A stretch of DNA of 64,000 bases from Utricularia gibba (taxonomy: Eukaryota; Plantae; Magnoliophyta): assembly GCA_002189035.1 (NCBI GenBank), contig NEEC01000002.1:992001-1056000 (forward strand), read 5' to 3'. The notes beneath the pieces are model-generated. The model was given only the letters and a program-made list of their open reading frames with translations, did no database searches and was not told the origin of the DNA. Shown one piece after another: positions 26,844 to 39,600 of this stretch (its first letter is position 1; the number at the start of each line of letters is the position of its first letter). Both the position numbers and the translations under genes were made by a program.

Positions 26844-28058
26844 TCAGACAGGCACCACGCTGTTGATCCATTCCAGATCCAAGTTGTCGAAGTCCCGCAA
26901 TGCGTTCGAGTTGAGATCATCGTCCCCGAAGTTGAAGCAGCCTGACTGGAAGTCTCGGACGATGTCGTCCAAGCCCGGAAATGCTGTGGAATCGTCCATG
27001 TAGCTGCACTCAAACGCTGTGGGATCCGCCATGAAATCGTCGTCCACGATGGGGGTGTACTCGGGAGCTGCAGGATCGGCCACTAGCAGCTCCTGGGACA
27101 GATTACCAATATCAGAACTGAGGGAATCCGGGAGGGCGGCGCCGGCCCCGGCCCGGAGATCATCGGAGGTGTCGGAATATGGAGGAAGATCATCTATGGG
27201 GGAGCATGGCAGACCAGTCGAATTCCAGAGTACCCCGTTGTCTAAATCACCAGGTAGATCATCGAAGATGTTATCCAGGGAGAAATTTGAGGGTATGTAG
27301 GTGGAGTAATCGAGCTCCAAGCCCAAATCCATGTCTTCATCCATCATGGAGAAATCATTCAGATCCTCCTCACTTGTTGCTACTGTCTCTGAGTCAGCAT
27401 ATGCAGCAAGAGTAACTACTGCTCCCTTTGTATGGTAACCAGAGATGGGGGATTCTAAGGCAGATGGATAGGTATGGGAAACTTGGGTTTCAACAGAATC
27501 AATGGAAGCATCAGAAGCAGCAGCAGTTTCGTCATCACTGTGATGCTTCAACTTCTTTGAGCTCTTTTCGGGGCATGAATCGGAGGCAGGGTGGTTACTA
27601 TTTCTCAGCGCATTGAATTCCAGACGTTTCGCTTCGTAAGCAACTGATGCTTCTTCCGGGGTCAAATAAGTACCCAGCCAGATCCGTTTCCGAGTAACTG
27701 GGTCCCGAATTTCGGCGGCGAACTTCCCCCATTTCCGTCGACGGACGCCTTTGTATTTCCCTGAAACAAACTCCCCTGGGGCTGCTTTGATTTCACCGGC
27801 CTTCTTCAAGATAGAGCCCTTTTGGTTGATTTCAACGTCTACGTAGTTGCTGTCCTCAACCGAAGTATCACAATCAGTAGAAGCAGCAGCCAATGAACCT
27901 TCATAAACGACGACGAACTTGTTGTCCTTTCTCCTCTGCGATGGCTCATCGTCATCCGAAGACTCCGTTGCGTATGGATCCGAACAGATAATCCTGATTT
28001 TCATGGTCGCAGATTCAGACCGGGTTTTGCGGCTAGTTTCGTTGCTCAAAGTCGGCAT
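26844..28058 (-). CDS. CRF: AP2/ERF transcription factor, cytokinin response factor CRF9-12 (group VI-L) type
   Basis: Intronless 404-aa ORF with the CRF domain [21 protein letters not shown]2 domain [20 protein letters not shown]...WLGTY and a long acidic C-terminus. Confidence 0.9.
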   Translation of the reverse strand: MPTLSNETSRKTRSESATMKIRIICSDPYATESSDDDEPSQRRKDNKFVVVYEGSLAAASTDCDTSVEDSNYVDVEINQKGSILKKAGEIKAAPGEFVSGKYKGVRRRKWGKFAAEIRDPVTRKRIWLGTYLTPEEASVAYEAKRLEFNALRNSNHPASDSCPEKSSKKLKHHSDDETAAASDASIDSVETQVSHTYPSALESPISGYHTKGAVVTLAAYADSETVATSEEDLNDFSMMDEDMDLGLELDYSTYIPSNFSLDNIFDDLPGDLDNGVLWNSTGLPCSPIDDLPPYSDTSDDLRAGAGAALPDSLSSDIGNLSQELLVADPAAPEYTPIVDDDFMADPTAFECSYMDDSTAFPGLDDIVRDFQSGCFNFGDDDLNSNALRDFDNLDLEWINSVVPV

Positions 28059-28070
28059 TTTTTCCGAGAC

Positions 28071-28268
28071 TCAGAAACCGTTCACCGAAACTGGACGAAG
28101 CTTATAAGAAACAAGAACGAAACTGAAGAGCCGGGCTATTCGGTAACACCCAAAACAAACAACTCCTGAACAAGTCCTGCAACACCCCAAATGTTGCGAA
28201 ATCGTTAGAACAAGAAGATGGCGAATAACAGAGCGTTTCAGGGATCACCTTGTGGGCCTCAAACGCAT
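28071..28268 (-). CDS. Intron-split upstream ORF (41 aa) in the CRF leader, resembling the CPuORF53/54 conserved-peptide uORF family
   Basis: Exon 28268-28249 + 72-nt GT-AG intron 28248-28177 + exon 28176-28071 translates to MRLRPTRTCSGVVCFGCYRIARLFSFVLVSYKLRPVSVNGF*. The stop lies 12 nt before the CRF ATG. Confidence 0.75.
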
Positions 28269-29748
28269 CGAAATAGGTTGAAATGAAAGAGATGTTGGCT
28301 CTGCGGAAACGCAGAAAAGGAACTAGAAAACAGAGCTCCCTCAGAATGCAGTAGTATCTCCTCCTGCCCTCCCTTCAACGAACGAAAGCCCAGTAAAAGG
28401 GGATGAAACTAGAATCAGATTTCAGGTATTTATACAGAGACAAAAACAAGAACACCATCTATCTACCCATCACAGAGGAAGCCAGTAAAGGATTAGAATT
28501 CAATGGTTACAATTTCCCAACATATGACACACACAGATCAATCGATAAAAAAAAAGAACCAGATGAACAACAACAGGCTATGTGGACCACTCTCTCTTCC
28601 GACTACCACTCAGTCACCCCTTCCACACTGTCAAAATCCCTTCCTGTTTCTGCTCAAGATACAGGCAGAAAGTGGGACACAAGAAAACTGGTCTACATTG
28701 ACCGAAACCCAGAACGAAAATCTCAAGAAAATCACATAAACAAATCACTACCTCCTCCAATCTATTGCTCCTCCCGATCTCCCCAAATCCTTCTCCTTCT
28801 CCAGAACGGCTTTATAAACACTGCGCTTGGTGTATCTTGGGAGATTCCATAACAGGCACGGCCGTCCAATACCCCTACATATATATACATTCTATATCAT
28901 TTTGGTATTGGGAAATAAAATCTCTGCTTTTTTGGACAGCACTTGACGCGCTTTGAGGCGCGTGAAACAACAATACCTTCATCCTCCCCAATTTTTTTAT
29001 TTATTTCAATTTTGGAATCCTTCCAACGACAGCATCCGATATTTTCATATTTAGCTGATTTTGAATGTGGAATATTTCCTTCCTTATTTTCCCAGATTCA
29101 GATACTTGCCAAAGCTTTTTCCCCCTCCCCCTCCACGTAATAATATGCAGAATTGTGGATTCGTGATCAATGTTCTAATTTCGAATTTGGAATTTGATTT
29201 AAAAAATGAAATTTCTAAAATATTGTTTGTGATTTTAAAAAATCAAGATCGATTATTATAAGAATCACGAATCATATTCTATAATTTAAAGTATCTTTAA
29301 TATCTATATTCTTTAAGTATACTTTTGAAATGATATGCATGTTTCGAATAATTTGATATAAATAATCAAAATTTGTTTGATTAATAAAAATTAGGTGGGA
29401 TAAGTGTTTTGAAAAACATTATTATTAGATTATTCAAATATCTTATAAATTACCCATGTATTAAAAATATGTTTATCAAATACAGGTTTATTCAGAATAG
29501 TAATTGTATGTTTGGTAGGATACTATAATTGATAATGCACTTGAGTTCTTAGTATTTAGATAATGACGTATTATATGGTTAAGATTAAATTTTATTTGAT
29601 ATATATGTTTCAAATAATATTATATTTAACATATATGTTTAAAATAAATATTTTATAAATTAAGTGGTTTCTAAAATCTAAATAGAAAATAAATTTTGAA
29701 ATATTTTATAGTAATTTTATAAAACATAGTGTTGGATTAAAGGGTGTA

Positions 29749-29790
29749 GGGGGGGTGACGCGCGGGTTTGTCGGGGGGAGGGGGTAAGGG
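29749..29790 (+). other. Putative G-quadruplex-forming motif
   Basis: G7-tgacgcgc-G3-tttgtc-G6-a-G5-taa-G3: five G-tracts with short loops in otherwise AT-rich DNA. Confidence 0.55.
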
Positions 29791-29945
29791 TGGCATGTAG
29801 ACAAGAGGGTGTGCGTGTACACACACTCATCATTAAATGTGGGATTTATTTAGTTAAACATTTTGGCGATTTTTTAAATCATTTTTTGGAATTAAGGAAA
29901 TGTTGGTCGTGCCTGCCCGAATAAATAAATGAATTACCCGGGGGT

Positions 29946-30261
29946 GTCACGTGATGGGCCGTCGGGAATGGGCGATGGAGCCGGCAACCGAGATGGAATT
30001 AAATTCGCATCCGACGCCCCACGGCTCGCCACGTCCGCCGGGACATGGGAACGCTGCGACAGGATGCTGCTTCCACCCCCATCTCAAAGCCGTCACGTGA
30101 CCTAGACTGCCACCTATTGAATGCTCGGGTGTGCATTGGCGAGACTCCCGTACGGCTTTCTTCTTTTTTTTTTATTTTAATTTTTTTTTCAAGTAAAATT
30201 AATTTAATTAGATGTATTCGGTCGGAAAATTGTTTAATGGATTATGAGATTTTGTCACGTG
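29946..30261. promoter_or_regulatory. Cluster of three GTCACGTG G-box elements
   Basis: gtcacgtg at 29946-29953, 30092-30101 (full palindrome gtcacgtgac) and 30254-30261. Confidence 0.45.
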
Positions 30262-31501
30262 TAATTGTGAAGGGGAAAGAAATGTAAAAAAGGAATGACT
30301 ATGCTTTGACCAGGGGCACTGGGGCCCGCCCTCCGCCTTGCCGCCAAAGCATGTTTTGGCGCCAAATAAGTGGGACCCATGTATTAATAATAAATAATAA
30401 TAATAATTTGGGGGTGCCAGCCCATGCCCATACCCATACCCGTACCCAGTAGAGGAAAGATATTTTCGTTCATGTCCCCGGCCCCCCTCCCCGCCACTCC
30501 CGTCGCCATTCCCCCTTGAATAAATCTATATGGGTACTGTACGGATACCGGAAATATTGAGGGCAGTTTAATTTTCCGGCATGAGGAGTGAATGCGACGA
30601 CACCAGAAAAATACGAAAGAAAAAAGGAATTGGGTTAGCTGGCGGAATAATAAAATGCGCAAGTGGGTGGATTGAATGCGGGGGAGTTTGGAAGCGGGTT
30701 CGTGTCAGAGGGGAGGGGGGTTTCGGGTCGAGAACCGGGTCCCGGTTCAGGGCGTCCTGAGTCGTCGCCGTCGCTGCTGTTGCTTCCCGGCAGATCGCGC
30801 GGCCTCACGTATCTATCGCCAGTATCTTTTCCCTGATTCCTTCTCATCGACTGCCGCTGCGCCTAACACCTTTTTATCCGCTGACACCCAAATCTGAACC
30901 CAAACATCTTTTTTTTTTGTATCCTTCTTTTCGTATTAGAAAACAAAGAAAACAAAACAAAATTTCGTTGACTTTTTATTAGTGTTTTTTTGCAAGCAAA
31001 GACAACATATTCTCTGGGATTTGACTTTGACTTTCGTCCACAAAAGAGGGCGGCTGTGTCATAACGGTGTTGACTTTGAAAATTTAAGATTTGCGTGTCA
31101 TCTGATTTTGGATTTTGAATAAAACAATGTGGATGATATTTAATTTCAATTTTATTTAAATTTATCAATTAAATATCTTATAATTTATAAATATATTTTT
31201 AATTTAATGTAATCCCATCTATCAAACGTACGTCAACTATACGAAATGTTGCATCACATACATGTGTGATGAAGTTATTACCAATTTCATATTATAATCT
31301 TCGTTGATCTACAGTAACCCATCCCTTTTTTTCCCGTTACCGTCAGTTAGTTTCCGAAAGCACCCACGTTCGGAAAATCACGATTTAATCGTTTTGAATT
31401 CGACAAAAAGTATTAAAGTCTTGCAATTTATATGCATACTAAAAAGATACCATCAATGCTAAAATGTATTATTTCATTTCCAAAGAAATCTTTCTATTTT
31501 C

Positions 31502-31621
31502 AAAAAGAGCCGCCGCTTGGTGTTACAAATATATACATATACATACATCAGAATTTTTCTAATTTTTTCGAAATATCCTTCGGAAAATTATGAAGTGCTT
31601 CGACACCAAGCGGCTCTTTTT
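31502..31621. repeat. Short inverted repeat (19-bp arms, ~80-bp spacer)
   Basis: aaaaagagcc(gcc)gcttggtgt at 31502-31523 against acaccaagcggctcttttt at 31603-31621. The match is perfect except for a 3-nt duplication in the left arm. Confidence 0.7.
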
Positions 31622-33090
31622 GTGATGGGCTTCGGCGTTAATGTTGGGGCCCATATCGGCCCATATAAATTACATAAAGGTGGCTTTTGTTCTCGGTTCA
31701 TGGTTGTGGAGTGACCAAATTGGATTGGATTAAATCAATCCAGAATTAACAAAAAAATATAAAATGAAAATCGTATTCTATTCGAAAAATATGATTTTTA
31801 TGATTTGATTTTTTATTGATTAATTACATCAAAAAAGAAATCTTTATTTATTATAAATACCATTAAAGTAATTTTTATATTGGTAGCAAAAATTCATTTG
31901 TTTTGTTTATCATTATGGATTTGATGTGAAAAAAGAGTAACTTAAAGTTAAATTTAATAATAATTAGCCTAATATTTTACTAATTCAATAAAACTAATTA
32001 AAAACATACCTTTTATCGTAATAATGGATTAATATAGTTAAAACATTATCAAATAGATAGAATTAGAATTACATTTATTAATCCAAAATCAATTTAAATC
32101 CAAATCAAATTTAAATGAAAAATGATGAAACCATATCGGATCTAATTGAATGAATTGGATCGAATCATTTAACGTCCACCTCTTTAATTTTTTGAATTTG
32201 CTTGGATAATAAATACTATTTAATTCTTTTTATTTTGAGGACCAATAAACATGTAAAAAAAAATGAAAATCAGTAAGTAAACAAAAGAGTCACATGTTCA
32301 ACGTTTGACCGACCAGCTTTCCCCATTACAAAGTCATCGCAATGAATCGTCTGACCAACTCCACAGTCCCGACCGAAAAAGGTTGAATCTTTGCGATTAC
32401 ACATCAAGTCCAACGTTTTTCCTTGTCCTAAATTCAATAGAAATCTGGGCATCCTCACTTTCTCTCACACACACTGAATTAAAATTTTAACATTAGATTT
32501 TTCACTAAGATGATGCCCATATTTCTAAATACCCATTAGTTTCATTTCGAAACTTGAAACATAAAAAATATTATGTATTAAATATCTATCGGAATTATTT
32601 ATTATATAATTATATTCATTTATCTTAAACGTTTAAATAAAAAAAGTAAATTTTAAATTTCGAATTATTTCAATGTTGTTTTCATTTAATTATAATATCA
32701 TATTCATATTTCTAAATATGGTTTCAAAACCACACAATTCAAAAGAATCTGACAAAGTCCACAAAAACCGGTTCGGCATGGCGGTTGTTGGTCAACTGGG
32801 TTATGGCAAATACGCTCCAAAACAGAAGCAGTTGGTTTGTTTTATTGTTTGAACGCTAGGACAGAAAGGTTGTGAATCCGCTTCTCTGAATTCACACGCA
32901 GCCTTTTTGGGTGTCAACCCAAACACACACAATGATTTTGTAAGATTCTACTCGCCCTGCGCGTAGTCAAAGTTTGATAGGAAAAAAGTCCCGCGTTTCG
33001 ATAGTGAAGCAATGGACTTGTAATGGAGTATAAATATGGGGAGGAAACTCACCAGCACAGCACGGCACAGCAGCAGCCATCTGGTGGATC

Positions 33091-33476
33091 ATGGACTTCC
33101 ATGAACAAGACTTGTTCTTGCCTGAGGAGGAGGATGCCTTCTACTCTGAGATGAGGAAGCAGCTCTTGCATCTAACTGAAGATGACGAAGAGGGCGGAGG
33201 AGCAATCTACGTGGACGAAAGCTACTACTATTTGTGGCCGGGGAAGGTGGCCTACGCACCACAGGTGACTTTGCAGAGGCCGGTGACTGGAACCGGCGTT
33301 TTCATCCCTCAGGCGAGCCAAGGGAAGCCCAGAAACAGATCAAGTGAGTGGTGTGATTGCTTGTGCTTCCAAGGAGTTATCAGCTCTGTTGTGTTGATTC
33401 ACAGTTGTTCCATCTGTCTGCAGGGAGGAAAAACAGCAAGGCGAGGAAACAGAAGCAGATGGAAAAGAAGAATTAG
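33091..33476 (+). CDS. Small (101 aa) plant protein of unknown function with GTGVFIP motif
   Basis: TATA (tataaata) near 33028. Exon 33091-33343 + intron + exon 33424-33476. Acidic N-terminus (EMRKQLLHLTEDDEE), GTGVFIP motif and basic K/R-rich tail. Confidence 0.7.
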
Positions 33477-33801
33477 GCTGGATTCAAATACGCTTCAAAA
33501 ATACTCAAACTACATGAAACCCCTGCAATGACTAGTGTTTAAACTATAAGGTCTGAGTTTAGTTACCGTTAGACTCTTAGGAGGGGAGTCCCTGTTGTAT
33601 GCGCGCTAAGAGAACCGATCTCCTGCACCGGAAGAATCATGAGACATAATCCACCCATTGGGTGCAAAGGGTCTCTGAAACTTACCTTTATCTCAATAGT
33701 TTTGGATCATTTAAAACAACGTATTAGATAAAAAAGCATTAAAATATGTCGACAATAAACAACAAATGAAACAACAATCTCCATGTGAGGCTGAAAGAGG
33801 A

Positions 33802-35790
33802 TCAGTTCTTAGAGGTGTGAAGGTGGTGAACAGAGATGGCACCATTCCAACTGCAACTAGCGACTACATCTGCTATGGATGGATGGAATGCGGTGTCGAT
33901 GCAGGCGTGATCATACGCCCTGATCTTATTGAGAAGGTTTGACGTCTTGGCATCATAAAGGAATACACATCCCTCGATTGATCCAGAGGCTAATGTCTTG
34001 CCATCAGCACTGAAATTACACTTGATGGGGAATCCACTGACTCCATGGCTTTCATACCTCTTGTATTTGTTGAGTCGGAATGGCGGGTGTGTGGAGAATA
34101 TTGCAATATAGTTTCCGTTGGATTGTGCAACGAAGTATGGTTCATATGGATGGGATCTGATGCAGGTGCATGTATATGCTTCAGCATAGACCTGAAAGGA
34201 TGCAACCAGTATATGTTGGTTATGGCACAAGCTCGAGACACTATCATCTCAAGGTTAAAGGGACGTTGAGAGAGGATCACAGGGATTTTACCTGCTTGGA
34301 GAGCGGAACTTCGCGTGAAATATCCCAGACAATGATTGAATTTTCGCTGATGTTGCTTTTGGATGTATCACTGGAGGTTATGAAGTGCTTTCCATCAACT
34401 GTAAATTCTACATCAAGGATTGGCCCGAGACGTTGTATGTACTCATGAACCACTTTGCCTGCTCTGATATCCCAAAGTTTCAGCTGGCCTTTTGATCCAC
34501 CAGAGAGAAAGACATTGTGGTTGCTTGGACTAAACTTCACAACTTCTATGATCTGGTCTTCTTTGAAAGCCTGAATCTCCGATGCCTTTTCAACATCAGT
34601 CAGCCTTGAAGTGCAATCGTAACCACAAGAAAGTACAGAGAGTCCCTGTGGTGACCATTTGACATCTTTCACTACAGCATTGTGGCATTTCAGGGCACGG
34701 GCTAGTTTTCCACCTCTGCTCCATGCATTCCATATGCGAACTTCACAGTCCATTCCCGCAGATGCAAGAAGATGATCTGGAAACTACTTCATGGAACAAA
34801 TCAGAAATTCACAAAAATAATAGGACAGACCGAGTCCGTGCACTCCATGTATGAATTGTAAAACATTATACTGGGGGACACTTTATAATTTAGGGAACAA
34901 CAATAACCGCTGCTATAGTAAACTTCAATCATAAACTCAATGCAAAACCAAAATCTACTTTATGCTACACACATGCACGACCAAGGAATAAATTTTTTAT
35001 CCTTAGTTCAAAAAGGGTAAATGACAAAAGTGAATGGCAATATAAGCACTTACGATGTGTTCTAGACCATTGTAAAGCATTCACTGCCTTAGAATGGCCA
35101 CTGAGTGAAGCAGAAAGTGACGTAGATGCATGACTGGTGAGTGAATTGCTCCACTTACGATGCCTCAACGATGCCATAATTCCATGGGGGACATCAGATT
35201 CTGAAAGACTTCCAACAACTGCATCGAAAGAAGGGCATATGAAGCCACAAAATGAAAGTGGTTTAGCACACACAGCACCAATCAAACGTCAAAGTCATAT
35301 GCTATCCAGTAGCTAGAATAGGAGAAAAGGCCTCAATGAAGAAAACAGAGGATCGGTGTTTAACTTGGGTGTGGATCAGCATAACTTGGGTGTTGATCAG
35401 TCGTCTCCGCTTGAGCAGCCAGAGCTGCTCTTTGTCTCTTAGATACATAGGCTCCAGATATTGGGGCTTCTGGGGAGAGAATGGGAATCCTGAAATCCAG
35501 CCCCTGGAAAGAATTTGATGTGGAAGGATTGGGTATACATGGTAAAAGCAAAAGAAAGACAGAGATGAAAAAGAAAAGAACCTTTTGTGTTTGAGTTTTT
35601 CCCTGTGAAGGTAATAGTGGTCGCCGAGCTTCTGTTTCCAATGCGAATGAGGGGTCAGATGGTCTCTTAGCTGACAGCTGAACTACTTCCAGACCCTTAT
35701 TAGCCGTTTGAAGAGTAGGCGCGCTAGATTTGGGGTTTACAAGTGGCTGTGCTGGTGTATTTAACAAAGCAGAATAAGTTGCCACAGCAT
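33802..35790 (-). CDS. WDR25: WD40-repeat protein, WDR25-like; start codon uncertain
   Basis: ISGAYVSKRQRA, LSGHSKAVNALQWS, HLLASAGMD, VKDVKWSPQGLSVLSCGYD, LKLWDIRAG, QSNGNYIAIFS...FRLNKYKRYESHGVSGFPIKCNFS. GT-AG joins are in frame from exon 2 onward. Confidence 0.85.
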
Positions 35791-36601
35791 TTTTCTGTGG
35801 GGGTGCTCAATGCCACAGCCCCCGGAAAATCGATGACTTTAATCGCAAAAGGAGGATCCCTAAATTACCGGGAAACTGAGATCGCAAGATCACGCCTTTG
35901 ATCTTGGGGTGAGGATGCGACGGCAAATAATCATCCGGGGGAACTTGAGGACCATCCCGTTTCCCTTCTTCTGTAACCCCTAATCAGATACAAGACACCA
36001 CCCCTTTAAGAAAGAAAACTGGGAACAAATTCCATTATTACCTTCCTCGCCGATATGACCAACGCCCGATTCTCCGGTAATCATCTTGTACCGTATTCTG
36101 GACCGTTCGAAGTCGCCGCTTAACTTTCCGACGATTCTATTCGCTTCACAGTAGACACACCCATCAACTCCCCCAAATTTCCCAAATGAACGCGGGTTCC
36201 GGAAGTATCATATCCCTTGGCCTTTCCCAAATATAAATATCTATTTTAATTTTGAATAAATTTAATTTCTTAAAATTCCCATTAACCATGTTTGACCCTT
36301 TGGTCTCGATGTTTTTTTAATAAATATTACAAATATTCTCACGATTTTCCCGATTTAATAAAATTTTGTAAATCACTGTGAGATAATTAATTACTCTGAT
36401 TTAATATTTTCCCGAGGGTAAATATGTCCTGTTTTTTTGAAAGTTTCTTTATTAGTTCTACTGAGGGACGGTGCAGGAGTAGCGAAATCCCTAATACCGA
36501 TCACCGATTGCAACCTCCGGCAACTCTTTTCCGGGCCGGAGACAGCCCCTCCGTGTGAATTGGTTTACTGCGGCTACTTAGTGAACTTACAAAGATTCAC
36601 A

Positions 36602-39600
36602 ATGTTCACGCCGAAAAGACAGTGGACTGAGCTATCTGTAGCTGAGAAGAGTTGGACGGATCGCAAGATAAACACTTCCAGGAAGGAGAAAACAGTGGCT
36701 TTTGCTGATGATCCGCGGCCACCCCCGACGGGTTTGTTGAGTGACGACGGTGGGAGTGTAGGGCGCACAGAGAATATGGAGGACTGGAAGAAGTTTCGGG
36801 AGGCGGGTTTGTTAGATAAGGCTTTAGTGGAAGAGCGTGACAGGGAGGCGATGAGGAATTCCATAAAGCATCTCGAAGGGGAGGTAACGGATTTTTTTTG
36901 AAGTTTGTCATTAAGGTGAACAGCTGAAAAATTTCCTATCGTATCTCTTAACATCTTGGCATCACCTTGCCGTTTCCAGCTTTTGAATTATCAGCACAAT
37001 ATGGGATTGCTGCTAATCGAGAAAAATGAATGGACTTTAAAACACGAAGAACTTCAGGAATCACTTCGAGAAGCATCTGAGATCCTTAAACGTGAAAAAG
37101 TAGCAAATTTAATAGCTATTTCTCAAGCGGAGGAGCGAGAATCAAATATTAGAAGTGCTTTGGATGTTGAGAAACGTTCAGTTGCTGAGGTGATTTATGC
37201 TTCCTAGAGTTTTAATTGTAATTCACGAAGAAAGATAACTTTAAGGTTTTTGTGAATACACTATCCATCCCTTCTATTGGTTAGTTTATTAACTCACGTG
37301 CCATATCTATCTTTCTTGTAGCTTGAGAGCACCCTCCGGAAATTATATTTGGATCTTGAGAAAATCAGAAAGGAATCTGAAGCGAAGTTGGCTGAGGCCA
37401 ACAAGTTCGCAGCTGAAGTACAAGAAAAGTCCATGGAAATGCAAAAAAGGTCACTTGAAGCTGATTCAAAACTCGCTGAGGCACATAAGAAGAGTATAGA
37501 ATTGGAAAGGAAATTCCAGGAAGTTGAATCAAGAGAAAATGTTTTGAAGAGGGAACGCTTGTCCTTTATTTCTGAGTATGTCTAGACCCATTTAGACATC
37601 ATAGAACATGCTTTGATATTATTTTTGTAGCTTTTAATTTTATACACTTGATTGGTTATCCATGCCCAGACGTGATGCACATGAATCTACCTTTATGAAG
37701 CATAAAGAAAAAATGCGAGAGTGGGAAGGAAGGCTCCAAGAAAGAGAAGAGACGCTTTGTCGAAGCCGGAGGGATATGAATGATAGAGATGAAAAAGTGG
37801 TTGCATTTGAAGGGAAGTTGAATGGGAAAGAGAAACAACTTTCAGCGGAACATGATGCACTCGAATTGGAGTGCATGGCCTTGAAGAAGCGTGAGAGTGA
37901 AGTCACTAAGAAACTACACGACCTAAAAGAGAAACAGGAAGTCTGTTCCTGTATCCATTTTTTTTTAGTCTTACGATGCATTAGATTACTTAAAATAATC
38001 ATCATCTCTATGCTTTGTGGCAGAAAGTAGATTTGGTCCGAATTAGTCTTGAAGTGAAGGAGAAGGACCTGAAAACTTCGGCTGAGCGACTGACTGCTAG
38101 AGAGCATGTAAGTGTCTTGTATCTCTCTAGGCAGATTCTTCTTTGCTGTTGTGTTTTTTTGAGGGGCTTTGTTTCCTGTGAACGTTTTTTTTTTTTTTTT
38201 TTTTGTTCTTGTGAATTTTAAAAGTGATAATTTATTGCTTTAAAATTTCGTATCTTCGTTTGGCAAAATAATTTCCATATGGAATTAACGTTGAACCAAA
38301 TGTTATGTTTTAAATTTCTATCTAGATGGAGATCCAAAGCCTTCTTGATCAGTCTGCATTAGATGCAGAAGAGCATGAATTTGAAGTTAATATGGACGAG
38401 AGAAGAAAATTATTCCTGGAGGGCTATCAAAACAAACTTGACCTTTTGGACATGAAACTAGCTGAACTTGGCCATACGGAAAAAATGTTGAAAAAACAGG
38501 ATGAAGCTGTGGAGCAGAAGTTCGAGCGGGTTATGGGTAGAGACAAGGATGTACACTTATTGTTGAAAGGTCTGAAGGAGAAAGAGAAGGCCCTTAACTT
38601 GGAATCTAAGAACTTGGACAAGATAAGGAATACAGTTGCTTTTGAGGAAGATAAGATGCAAGAACTCAAAGATAAGCTTGAGACTATCAAATCTGAAGTT
38701 AATGAGAAGGAAATACAGATTAGTAATGAAAACGAAGAGTTGCAAATTGCCAAAAAAGAGAGGAGGGAGCATATGCAGTTTGTGGATGAGTTGCAACAGG
38801 AGCTGGAAAAATTCAGAGTTCAAAGTCACTTGCTTTCTAAAGAAATCGACAAGATGAAGGAAGACAGGAAGAGGTTCGAGGAAGAGTGGAAGGCCCTTCA
38901 CAAAAAGAGAAGTGAGCTTACTAGTGACTCACAACAACTAGAAGAAGAAAAAAAAATGTTTGAAGTCTTAAAAATCAGTGCCGAAAAGGAATTGAATGGA
39001 ATTAAAATTTCAATTGATGAGCATATGAAGAGAGAATTAGAATTTCTGAGGCTCTCAAAAGAATCTTTTGAAGTTTCAATGAAGCACGAGCAGTCATTAC
39101 TACTTGATAAAGCTCGAATTGAGCATGAACATTTAGTTGTTGAATTTGAGCATAGCAGAAAAGAACTTGAGGCTGAGATGCAGGAGAAAAAAGAGGAAAT
39201 GGTGGGATGCCTGCAGGAAAGAGGGCAGCGTTGGAGAAGAAGATCAAGATGGAAAACGATAACATGAGGCATTTGAAGGAAGTTTTGCAGAAAGAAATTG
39301 AAAGTATAAGGTCTGAGAGGAACATTTTAAAGCTTGACGAACAGAGCACTGCTGTGAATAGGAGGTGGGTGGAAGAGCAGCAGGAAGAAATGCAGAAGGA
39401 TATTAATGAGCTTAATGATCTATGTCAAAAGCATAAAATGCAGCGAGAAGAATTCATTAGGGATAGACAGAGATTTGTCTCTTTTTCTGAAGCATTAAGT
39501 AATTGTCAAAATTGTGATATGATGTCAAATTGCATTTTACCTGAGGTTGATGTCCCTGAAGTAGATGGCGAGTTAGCTTTGGGAGTAGGGCTTCTGGAAA

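Noticed and set aside
39207-39267. Programmed ribosomal frameshifting as an explanation for the split CRWN and FER ORFs
   Set aside because: No slippery heptamer or stimulatory structure, and the same one-base loss at G/C runs recurs in unrelated genes, which points to sequencing error.
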